From IMG/VR virus record IMGVR_UViG_3300042508_000910: a stretch of 64,000 nucleotides of DNA; one strand, written 5' to 3'. The notes beneath the pieces were generated by a model. It was not told where the DNA came from and did not search any database. It was given only the letters and a program-made list of their open reading frames with translations. Position numbers and translations under genes: made by a program. Position 1 is the stretch's first letter. Each line of letters opens with the position of its first letter. Shown in pieces: positions 1 to 9,900 of this stretch. The stretch is from a virus.

Positions 1-1965
1 ATCATTTTTTTCAATAAAAACAAAATTATTTTTTGTATAAATTATATTTTGATTCCATGCTCCTTTATCGATCCAATTAGTTTGATTTATAGCTCCAGTA
101 AATGGATTATCATTCGCATCTGCAACTGGTGGTGCAGATTGTAATCCCATCACCATTTGGGAATATGATAAGTTTTTATTCGTAACGACATCATCTGTTG
201 GAGAGCAATCAAGAGAAACTTCTCCATAAATTCCAGAATGTATAGAGGTTATTCTATTTGAATATTCATATATGCACCCTTCTCCTCTATATGTAAATGG
301 ACAATTTTTAGACAACAAAATTCGTGAAGGTAATTTTACACCCTCAACATCAAGTAGGGATGATAATTCATAAACAACATTAGTAGAATCTTCTTGTACT
401 TTTCTATCTATATAAAAAATATCTGGAGTCAATTCTGTTTCATAATTTTCAATATTTTGAGTTATCATTTGGTCTTTGTATTCAATAGCTAAGTTAGCTT
501 GTGAAGAAAAAATCTGAGTTGCTCCAGTTGGCGTAGCATCTTCATAAATATAGTCTGTAGCAATAATATTAAATTTTTGAACCCCAAGATCAAAAGATTC
601 TAATCCAGTATTTGTTGCAGTAATTGTAAGCCCAGTTGAAGTAATATTTTGTATATATTTATCAAAAATAAATCCTGATTCAGACCATGCATTAAATAAA
701 ACTTTAGGAACATTAGAGAATGAAAATGGAAAGTTTATATTTAAGTCGCCCGAAGTACTTGTTGAAAAATTTTTTTCTATTCTTAATGCTGCTAATTTTA
801 TTTGCTCCTTGGAGTATGGATTAATTCCAGTATAATATCCAGTTTTTAAACTTAAATAATTCAAATCAAAATTACCATCTAAACCACTAGAAAATATTAC
901 ATTAATTCCAGTATTATATTGATCTTTAATATAATAATTTGTATTTACTCCAATACTGTCTACATTTGATTTTATAGATATAAAACTAACTATATTACCA
1001 CTATTCTCAGAAAAAGTTAAATTATATGGAATTAATTGTCCAGTTATTCCTGTATTTGAATCTATATTCAAAGAACTACAAACTAATTTTAATTTTCCTG
1101 TTTCATTTAAAAGCGTGAATTCGTTTTTATAGTCAGGAATAATAGTGGAATAATTTGAAGAATTTCCTGATATAGCAAATACATTTACAGAAAAATAATT
1201 ATCTAATAAATTAGATAGTTCTATATTTTCGTTTGTTAACAAACTAAAAAAATCTGTTGATTCTATCGAATAATTCTGTTGTTGTAATTGAATTCCTAAA
1301 GTTCTTAATCTATCATCAGTAGATATTGATGTAAAAATTTTATTTCTTGAGCCATAATTAGGTTTTGGATAATATATTAACCATTTTGACATGTCTGTTG
1401 GAGGAGGTATAGGGCTATTTGCTCTTACGGTTAATGTATCTCCATCTCTTGAAGCCCAAGGAGCTTGACTAAATTCATTAAATGGATTTACATTTCCAGC
1501 AAAATTATCTGGACTTAGATATCTAACAAAAGTTTTTCTCCTTGTGACTCTTGCCCCAACAATATCTTTAAGTTCATTAATTTGCATACGAATATATTTA
1601 TAGAAAGAATTATATTCATCATCTAAAAACTGACTTGAAAATTTTACTTTTGGCGTTGGAATTGTACCATTTGAAGTGATATCAAATTGTTCACCAAAAA
1701 CTGGAAATGGAAAATAATAATTGCCTTTCCATTTTATAATACCTCGATTTATATTAAATAAATTAAAATCATTATGAATTCTTAGAACACCATCTCTTAT
1801 TGGTCCATTAACAGTTGGATATGTAATTGTAGCTGGTTTAATTTCATTTAAATTGATTTCATATAACATAATTGGAGTTGTAGGCTCGACTTCATGAATA
1901 TGAGTATTGATCGATCTTTGAGCCTCTAACGCAGATAGGAAATATTCGCTAGCTTGTTGACTCAT
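1..1965 (-). CDS. Lambda gpL-like minor tail (tail tip) protein, 3'-truncated by window edge, with large internal insertion
   Basis: Not in ORF track. Manual translation from ATG at 1965: MSQQASEYFL...IKWKGNYYFPFP...VGARVTRRKTFVRYL...ELTPDIFYIDRK...LPSRILLSKNCPFTYRGEGCIY (gpL CxxxYRGxxCxY motif, in frame); follows gpM-like gene. Confidence 0.85.
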   Translation of the reverse strand, partial: MSQQASEYFLSALEAQRSINTHIHEVEPTTPIMLYEINLNEIKPATITYPTVNGPIRDGVLRIHNDFNLFNINRGIIKWKGNYYFPFPVFGEQFDITSNGTIPTPKVKFSSQFLDDEYNSFYKYIRMQINELKDIVGARVTRRKTFVRYLSPDNFAGNVNPFNEFSQAPWASRDGDTLTVRANSPIPPPTDMSKWLIYYPKPNYGSRNKIFTSISTDDRLRTLGIQLQQQNYSIESTDFFSLLTNENIELSNLLDNYFSVNVFAISGNSSNYSTIIPDYKNEFTLLNETGKLKLVCSSLNIDSNTGITGQLIPYNLTFSENSGNIVSFISIKSNVDSIGVNTNYYIKDQYNTGINVIFSSGLDGNFDLNYLSLKTGYYTGINPYSKEQIKLAALRIEKNFSTSTSGDLNINFPFSFSNVPKVLFNAWSESGFIFDKYIQNITSTGLTITATNTGLESFDLGVQKFNIIATDYIYEDATPTGATQIFSSQANLAIEYKDQMITQNIENYETELTPDIFYIDRKVQEDSTNVVYELSSLLDVEGVKLPSRILLSKNCPFTYRGEGCIYEYSNRITSIHSGIYGEVSLDCSPTDDVVTNKNLSYSQMVMGLQSAPPVADANDNPFTGAINQTNWIDKGAWNQNIIYTKNNFVFIEKND

Positions 1966-1970
1966 TTTTT

Positions 1971-2531
1971 TTAACCTGCAATTTCTTCAATTTTTGCTCG
2001 TATTGAATAATTTTCTTTAAATGTAAAATTAGATTCCCACTCTCTGCAAACAAATCTAGTTTTATATGTTGTGTCCGCGTAAATTCCAGGAGGGTTAAAT
2101 GCGAAAGATTTTGTTCCACCCTTTTCTTTAAGAAAGTGAACAATTGCTCTGGCTTCATGTTCTGTTCTTTGATCAAAATTAAATTGTAAAACTTTTAGAT
2201 CTGGATTAAAGCTTTTACTAATTCTTTGTTCATATCCATTTCCAAATCTTATAGTTGTAACTAATGGTTTATGCTGAACTGTTGATGTATAAGATGCAAT
2301 CCATATAAAAAATGGTATTTTTTTATTATTTTGTAAAGTAATTACTCCGCCCCAATACTCTGATCCTGATCCTGTATCTGGTTCATCAGGAGAACCTGGA
2401 CTTGAACTTTTTACATGGTCTTTTAATGCATACCAAAAATAACCATGATATTTTACTATGTCATTTTTAATAAACTGATGTCCGCCACTAATACTAGCCC
2501 AATTCTCTATATTATCATTAATAGAAGCCAT
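1971..2531 (-). CDS. Lambda gpM-like minor tail protein with N-terminal carbohydrate-binding-like module
   Basis: FGNGYEQR motif, FL...GGTKSFAFNPP, FVCREW; N-terminal DIVKYHGYFWYAL module. Confidence 0.85.
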   Translation of the reverse strand: MASINDNIENWASISGGHQFIKNDIVKYHGYFWYALKDHVKSSSPGSPDEPDTGSGSEYWGGVITLQNNKKIPFFIWIASYTSTVQHKPLVTTIRFGNGYEQRISKSFNPDLKVLQFNFDQRTEHEARAIVHFLKEKGGTKSFAFNPPGIYADTTYKTRFVCREWESNFTFKENYSIRAKIEEIAG

Positions 2532-2558
2532 ATACCTTACCTTATTCCTTTAATATAT

Positions 2559-2578
2559 TTACACCTAATGCTGTGTAA
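2559..2578. promoter_or_regulatory. Back-to-back GTGTAA promoter-like motifs for divergent tail operons
   Basis: TTACAC 2559-2564 and GTGTAA 2573-2578 in the 68-bp gap between divergent genes; same motif precedes many other genes. Confidence 0.7.
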
Positions 2579-2599
2579 TTTATAGTAAAGGTATAAGGA

Positions 2600-3406
2600 A
2601 TGTTATCTAGACTTACAAAGGAATTTAATAAGGTTTATATAGATTCTGCGCCATTAACAGGCCTTCAATCTATAGCCGCAAGCTATGAATTACCATATGA
2701 AGATCTAAAATATTTAGGTTCCAATACTAACAATTTATCTAGGGCTCCTATAGGCCTATATGTTGGAGCGTTAAGTTTAGATGCATTTTTAATTAATTAT
2801 GACCCATTTATAAAATATACAGGAGACATAGGTGCTAATCTAAAGATAGACTATAATGATAATAAATTTTTAATGAATAGTGGTTATCTGGCTGAGTATA
2901 ATTTTGAATGTGCTATAGGAACTATTCCTACAATAGCCACAAAATGGAATATCTATAATAACTTTGGAAGCGGTATTTCATCTAGTGAACCGTTCAATTT
3001 AGACAATTCACAATTAAATATAGTGAATCCTGGTGATATTTCTATTAATTTTAATGAGATAGAAAATCAAAAAATTAATCAGTTCTCTTTAAATATTAAA
3101 TCTTCTAGATTGCCAATATATGACGCTACAAATATAAGACCAGTTGATGTAAAGTTGCAATATCCATTATTAATAACAGCAGCGTTTTCTATAACATTAG
3201 ACGATTATAAAGTTAAAAATCTATTTGACTTTCCAAATAAACAGAACGTTTACAACTTTTCTGTAGACTTGAAAAAGAGTAATACAAATACAATTATTAA
3301 TACTTTTAATATGAATAACGCTCTTCTTATAAGAGAAGATTATAGCGCAGATGTTGATGGTAGTATACTATTACAATTAACATATTCGAGTACTGTCCAC
3401 AGATAG
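2600..3406 (+). CDS. Tail-tube-like structural protein (internally duplicated)
   Basis: 268 aa, beta-rich; two halves with SYELPYEDLKYLG / IKSSRLPIYDAT motifs; resembles next two ORFs. Confidence 0.55.
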   Translation: MLSRLTKEFNKVYIDSAPLTGLQSIAASYELPYEDLKYLGSNTNNLSRAPIGLYVGALSLDAFLINYDPFIKYTGDIGANLKIDYNDNKFLMNSGYLAEYNFECAIGTIPTIATKWNIYNNFGSGISSSEPFNLDNSQLNIVNPGDISINFNEIENQKINQFSLNIKSSRLPIYDATNIRPVDVKLQYPLLITAAFSITLDDYKVKNLFDFPNKQNVYNFSVDLKKSNTNTIINTFNMNNALLIREDYSADVDGSILLQLTYSSTVHR

Positions 3407-3411
3407 TGTAA
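3406..3411 (+). promoter_or_regulatory. GTGTAA promoter-like motif
   Basis: Upstream of 3439 start, followed by an AAGG-rich leader. Confidence 0.6.
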
Positions 3412-3438
3412 TTTTAATAGGTAAAAGGAGTAAGGATT

Positions 3439-4227
3439 ATGGCTAGAATATATTACGATCAATGCGAAATTAGAATTAATAATACAGGGATTTTGGCTGT
3501 TTCTGCTAATCTAAATACAGATGTCACTTTAGGACCAGTTTATACTCTAGGCAAAAGAAAACCATTTAAAAAACAGATAACTACAGGACCAAAAAATAAT
3601 ACATTTCAAATATCTTACCTTATCAATCCAACTGGCGATCCTGCATTTAACACTGTAAAAGAAATAAAAAATTTTATAGCTGCACCAGCAAATTATCCTG
3701 GAGTAACAATTGCTTTTGCTGGAGTTACTGGATATAATTGCTATCTAAATAATTATAATTTTAAAGTAGAACCAAATAATGTTGTTGTTGCACAAGCTAG
3801 TTATGTCTCATATCATAAAATAAGCGGCAACCTAAATACAAAAACTAATCCTAATACGGCATCTTCTGATAGTATTGCTCATAGTTCAAAAAGCAATATT
3901 GTTTCTGGAAAGAATTTTGGAGCAGATACTTATAATTTAACTTATACATTTGCAGCTAATCTAACTCCTGTCTATTCTTTAGGAAATGAAGATCCTGTTG
4001 AAGTTAAACCAATAAGAGCGCAAGAAACAGTTAATATGACAGAGAATCTATTCACAAAGCTTGTTTATACAGGAGAAAATATACCAATAAAAATACAAGT
4101 TTCTGGCTTACTAGATTCAAATAGTTTTGAGATTGAAATGCCAGATGCTTATGTAAATAATAGTACGATAGAATCAAATCTTGATGATATTGTTCGCACA
4201 ACTAAAACACTTATTCAATATTATTAA
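3439..4227 (+). CDS. Tail-tube-like structural protein (internally duplicated)
   Basis: 262 aa; LGPVYTLGKRKP and LTPVYSLGNEDP repeated in the two halves. Confidence 0.6.
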   Translation: MARIYYDQCEIRINNTGILAVSANLNTDVTLGPVYTLGKRKPFKKQITTGPKNNTFQISYLINPTGDPAFNTVKEIKNFIAAPANYPGVTIAFAGVTGYNCYLNNYNFKVEPNNVVVAQASYVSYHKISGNLNTKTNPNTASSDSIAHSSKSNIVSGKNFGADTYNLTYTFAANLTPVYSLGNEDPVEVKPIRAQETVNMTENLFTKLVYTGENIPIKIQVSGLLDSNSFEIEMPDAYVNNSTIESNLDDIVRTTKTLIQYY

Positions 4228-4230
4228 TTT

Positions 4231-5196
4231 ATGTTTTATAATGGAAAAAATGTTTTAGTTAAAATTAATGATGAAGCAATCCTTGCTACAGAGGCTCAAC
4301 TTTCTTATGAAGCGCAAATTGCTCCCTATTTTGAGATTGGTCAAAGATATACAAATCAAATAACTCCAGAAAATACTATACAAGGATCTTTAAATTTTTC
4401 ATATTACTTAACTGGAGAAGATCCAATTAGGAAAAATCTATATTCAAATGATCCAATAAAATTTGATTTTGGTGGCATTATACAAACTGGGTATATAAAA
4501 AATTACACAGCTAGATTAGCTCCTCATAATCCTGTTAATTGTAATGCAGATATCGTTTTCTTTAGATCTCCAAGTGGTAGTTTTAATCCATCGTACTCTA
4601 ATCAACCTATTGAAGATAATCTAGTACATATTAATGAAGTTCTTATTTCTAACTTTAACAATCAATATATAACTGGTAATTATTTATCTGCTAATTTTAC
4701 ATACTCTGCAGACATTAGGCAAGAAATATATATAGGAGATAAAGAAGAGAGGCGTGGAGTCTTTGGAGTAAAAGAGATTGTAGCGTCTATAGTATGCGAT
4801 AACTTAAACCCTTTAGTTGAAATTTCTGGACAAATGGTTGGAGTATCTTTTATTGTTAGTCCTATAGATAAACCATATATACAAAGTTATCTAGCTTCTG
4901 GATTTTTAACAAAGAAATCTTTTCAAACAAAATCAGATGATCTATTAACAACAGAAATATCAATAAGACAATACAACTTAATATCTGATGCAGTTATTTC
5001 TGGGTTTAGTCCATCTTCTGCACAAATTAATGATATAGTAACTATTAGTGGAAGTAATTTAGAATATACTGTATCTGTTTTATTTGGAAATACTCCAGCA
5101 GAAGAATTTACAATTCTAAACTCTCAAACTGTTAGAGCAAGAGTACCCAGAATGAAGAGACCATTTACTCAGCAGATTAAAATCTTAACCGCATGA
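4231..5196 (+). CDS. Tail-tube-like protein with C-terminal IPT/TIG (Ig-like) domain
   Basis: IAPYFEIG / IRQEIYIG halves; C-terminal ISGFSPSSAQINDIVTISGSNL...VRARVP is IPT/TIG-like. Confidence 0.65.
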   Translation: MFYNGKNVLVKINDEAILATEAQLSYEAQIAPYFEIGQRYTNQITPENTIQGSLNFSYYLTGEDPIRKNLYSNDPIKFDFGGIIQTGYIKNYTARLAPHNPVNCNADIVFFRSPSGSFNPSYSNQPIEDNLVHINEVLISNFNNQYITGNYLSANFTYSADIRQEIYIGDKEERRGVFGVKEIVASIVCDNLNPLVEISGQMVGVSFIVSPIDKPYIQSYLASGFLTKKSFQTKSDDLLTTEISIRQYNLISDAVISGFSPSSAQINDIVTISGSNLEYTVSVLFGNTPAEEFTILNSQTVRARVPRMKRPFTQQIKILTA

Positions 5197-5209
5197 TGGA
5201 GTAATATAT

Positions 5210-6949
5210 ATGCCATTAGTATCCTCATCACAATTTTTTCAATATATACCTGTAGCTCCAAAGATAACAAGTTTATCTTTAACGACTGGAGATATTGGAG
5301 ATACAGTAACGCTTTATGGTACGGATTTAGACTATATTGAGGATTTAATACTTTGTGGAGAAAAAGTAAATCTAAACTTAATTTCAGAATCTGAGGGAAA
5401 TTTTATTGTTCCAAACAATCTTACCACAGGTAAACTTGTAGCCTCATCTACTGATATAGTCATGTCCCAAAATGAATTAGATTTTTTACCAATATTTAAA
5501 ATAGATAATTTTGATCCAAAACAAGGTCCATTAGGAACTTTAGTAACAGTAAGTGGCAAAGTCTTAACATCGATCACGACAGGATATTTATTAGCAGAAC
5601 CTATAACGAATGATATTAATTATTATTTTTTAAATTCTAATCAAACAATAAGTTTGCCTACATATTCAGATACTGGAAATTCTGATATAGTCTTAATCCA
5701 AAATTTTAATTTAAATAAAGAAAAAAATAAATTTAATATAATTAACTACTCTCAGCCAACGATTGCTAGCGGTAGAGTTCTAGATTTAAAGTTTAAAGAA
5801 GACTTATCTCAAAAATATTATGAACAACATATATTTAATTTCCCTTTAATTAATTCAAATAATATCAAGAGTCATACAGGAGTTATCTCTACTGGAAATC
5901 TATATGTTGATGTAAATTTACAAAGCAATTTTTCAGATACAGGTTATGCCGTATTCTATTCGATGAATTATACTGGAACAGGAAATTCTAATAATTTAAA
6001 TTATAATACTCCATTCTCATATATAGATATGAAAACAATCTCAGGATTTGCTATAAATCTCTGCGATACTTTTAGTAATGATATAAAATATTATTATCTA
6101 GCCGTAAAATATGGAACTGGAGTCTATGATAGTGGAAATTATGTATGCTCTGGAATAAATCTTGCTACTGGAACAACAGATCATAACATTACATTTGATA
6201 ATGATAAACTATATCCACCTTTTATTTTAACAAGTTTAGAAGGATTAACAAATTCTGGTAGTGCATTATCTCAAAGAAGAGCTTCAATTGGATTAACTTA
6301 TATAGATTCAAATCTATACGAATTAAATAATAATAATTTCTATCTAAATCTACCTAGTGGTAGTTTAAATCTATCAGGTACAGGAATGATGAAGATAAAC
6401 TATTTAAATTTTGATAACATAAATACAAATTTAAATACTTTTGTTTTAGAAGGTTCTGGATCTTACTATGAAAAAATATATTTATTTACAGGTGATGAAA
6501 ACTCATTTAAAGAAAGGGTACAGGTAAATAATCTTCAAATTATTAATAAGAATACTTTGCAATTTAATATTCCTAATACCGATTATTATATAAATGGAGA
6601 ATTAATTTTAGTTAATTCTATAGGTTTAGAAAAAATATCTTTAGATTCATTTAGAGAAGCTCCATTAGCTACAGGATTAAAATATAGTAATCGATACAAA
6701 GGAGATTATATAATAATAAGTGGTTTAAGCTTTAAGAAGTCAATTCTTATTGATGGTACAGGATACAATGGTGTTACTGTAAGATTTAGATATCTAGAAG
6801 ATTTATATAAACAGAAAAATAATGATTTTAGTATGAATTGTACATTATTAGATGTAAATACATTAACAGGTATTTTGCCGTTAGATAATCTATCTAGTGG
6901 TAGGTATATGGTGCAAATATTAGATGAAAAAGGAAATATATACGAATGA
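5210..6949 (+). CDS. Virion structural protein with IPT/TIG repeats
   Basis: PKITSLS...GDTVTLYGTDL, FDPKQGPLGTLVTVSG; GGAG SD at 5198-5201. Confidence 0.7.
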   Translation: MPLVSSSQFFQYIPVAPKITSLSLTTGDIGDTVTLYGTDLDYIEDLILCGEKVNLNLISESEGNFIVPNNLTTGKLVASSTDIVMSQNELDFLPIFKIDNFDPKQGPLGTLVTVSGKVLTSITTGYLLAEPITNDINYYFLNSNQTISLPTYSDTGNSDIVLIQNFNLNKEKNKFNIINYSQPTIASGRVLDLKFKEDLSQKYYEQHIFNFPLINSNNIKSHTGVISTGNLYVDVNLQSNFSDTGYAVFYSMNYTGTGNSNNLNYNTPFSYIDMKTISGFAINLCDTFSNDIKYYYLAVKYGTGVYDSGNYVCSGINLATGTTDHNITFDNDKLYPPFILTSLEGLTNSGSALSQRRASIGLTYIDSNLYELNNNNFYLNLPSGSLNLSGTGMMKINYLNFDNINTNLNTFVLEGSGSYYEKIYLFTGDENSFKERVQVNNLQIINKNTLQFNIPNTDYYINGELILVNSIGLEKISLDSFREAPLATGLKYSNRYKGDYIIISGLSFKKSILIDGTGYNGVTVRFRYLEDLYKQKNNDFSMNCTLLDVNTLTGILPLDNLSSGRYMVQILDEKGNIYE

Positions 6950-9900
6950 GTTTAATCTTACAGATTAATCAATCAGCACCTTTTATACAAAGTCCTAGTA
7001 TAGTTTACGCTGTTACTGGTGAGAAAATAATACTATCTGGTATTGAATTTAAAAAAGGTATTATACAAGTCTCTGGAGAAAATATTTATAATTCGAATGA
7101 TTATTTTAATGTATATGGACGAAGATTAGAAGATGTTAGTGGAATTGATAATACATTATATTTAGATGTTGTTGGTTTCACTATATCAACAGGAGTAACA
7201 AAGACGAAATATGATCTTTCTGTATTCAATCTTGAAGGAAAATCTACAAATACTGTTCAATTAAATGTATTAGATCAACCTAGCATTGTTGGAATCGAAA
7301 AGACAGGCGCATTTCCAGACGAATTTGTAAGAATAAGTGGAACTAATTTTTATCCCGCACCAAATTTATTCTTTATTGATTCGAGAAATAATAAAATTAT
7401 TCCAACAGAGCAAAAGACTGGATTATATAAAATAACAGGATATGAATTGTTAAATAATGGCACTGGTTATAATGTTGGTGAAAAGATATATATCGATTCA
7501 ACATATCATAAACTATTTGATATTAATTCAAGTGGTATATTAGAAGTTCAATCCACTGGCATAAGTGGATCTATAGCATTTCTAAACATATTTGATTCTG
7601 GATCATTTACAATTATACCAACTGGTTTTATTTTACAATCTCAAACTGGAAATGGAAGAGATGCAAATATAATTTTAAATTATGAGAAATTTGAATATAC
7701 TGGATTCAATCAATTTATAGAATTTAAAATACCAAGAAATATAACTAAAAATCAAGCTATTTTTGTAGAAAATTTAAAATACAAAGCGCCTACAGATTTA
7801 ACTATTAATTCTATAAGCATCTCTAAGACTGGTTTCCAAGTCCTTGGTAGTCCTAAAATTTATAGCATAGATCCAATAACTGGATATAATCAAGAATCTT
7901 ACATAAGAATAAGCGGAGATAATTTAACATTTGTAACTGGTTTAAACCTGGGTCCATTAAAGAATATAAATTTTAATTACGATGGAGAAAATTTAGTTTT
8001 TCAAATTCCATATCTAGCAGAGAATAATAAAGTCAATGTTATTACAAATTTTGGAGAAGATAGTTCAGATGAATTATTACAAATTTTATATAGACCATTA
8101 GATCCTACTGGATTTAATCCTAATGATATATTATTGTCTGGAGGATCAGTATCTATATCTGGTAAAAATTTACATAGAATAAATTATATTAATCTTGGTC
8201 AGCAAAATATTAATCGAGAAAAGATTACAGTAAATTATCTCACTGGATCTACTCACCAGGCTTCTTTTATTTTACCAAATAATTATATAACAAATGAGAT
8301 ATATGCTTATTCTCTTGATTATCCAAATTCTGGAACAAAGATTGTATCTCCAGATACAAATGATAAATTAATAGCATCAGTAAGATTAAATACTGATCTT
8401 ATCAATATAAGATATCTTTCTGGGGTACAAGCAGCAAAATATCTTGATGAAGTAGAAATTTATAGCCCAATTGCATATTCTGGAGATTATGGAAACCTAA
8501 CTAATTCAGAAATATTTTTTAATACACCAACTGGTAAAATAAATATAACTGGAGACTATAGCGTAAGTGGAATAAAGATAGATAATACTTCAACTGGTAT
8601 TAAAATAAGAATACCAAGAGAAATTCAAAATCCAAGATCTCAAATTAAGATCAAAAGAAATAAATTTAATGATGAATATTTATTACCAGCTAATAAAAGT
8701 TTTGATATTCTTCCAACTATATCATTTAATAGTCCATCAAATACTAATTATAATAATTTAGGCGAAGTTATTATCTCTGGAATTAATGCAACAAATGTTA
8801 ATCAAGTATTTTTTAGCGGGAATGCTGGAACTAAAAATATATTCGGATTTAAAGATGTTGAAAAAATAAAAATAGATATTCTAGAAAAAAATATTAGCGG
8901 AATCTCAAGTGGTATTGGTCCAGATTATACATATATTAGAGCTAAACTTGGTGGAGATTTTCAAGGAACAGGTAAATTATTCTTATTTAATAATTACTAT
9001 GATACTGGAATTGGATATGAAAATTCTATATTATCTGATGCAGTTTCTGTCTCTGCTATTGAAGGATTTAGACCACCAAATTCTACTATATTTACAAGTC
9101 CTAGTTATATAAGTTCACCAATAGACGAACCATTTTTCTATAAAATTCAAACAAATTCTAGAGCAACATCTTTCTCAATTAGCGCTACAACATTATCTGG
9201 TGTTGATGATGGTGCAATTTTTCCTCCAGGAATAAATACAACTCTAAATTCATCTAATCAAATTTTTGGTACACCAAGTAGTGGTGGTATTTATTATATA
9301 AAGATAAGAGCGCTTGATGGAGATTTCCCTAATGAAGGAATGATTCTAAATGCTGCATTTGGTTATTCTGGAAGATCTTTAACTGGTCCTGGCATTACAT
9401 ATAGAGGAGAATGGTCTACAGGAATTGGATATGTTGGAAATAATTTAAGAAGAGATGTTGTAAAATATAGTTTTGGCGGTGTTAACTATTGGTATGCAGC
9501 AACTACTAATATAGATTCTGCTCCTAGTGGAACAAGTCCAGATTGGATACCATTCACTAATGAGTTTAGCGCCACTGCAACTCAAATATTACTAGCAGAA
9601 AGATCTAATATAACTAGCGAATTAAATATCGGCCAAGCAGGTATTCCTTCTGGTTTTATAAAAAGTGCTAATGATATTAATTCTAATGAAGGAAGTGGAT
9701 TCTATTTAGGTTATGATAATAGTTATAATGCTGGTCTTCCAAAGTTTAGAGTTGGCAATAGTGGTGGATATATAAAGTTTGATGGATTAGGTTTAGATAT
9801 ATTTGGCCCGTTATCTGGCGTTTTAACAACGTCAAGAAATGTAAGAAATACAGATAATACTGTAGGTTCAGAATATTCTCTCTCTGTTGGATTTAACAAT

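Noticed and set aside
5186-5212. Possible +1 frameshift joining the 4231 and 5210 ORFs
   Set aside because: A GGAG SD at normal spacing explains independent initiation, and no slippery site is evident
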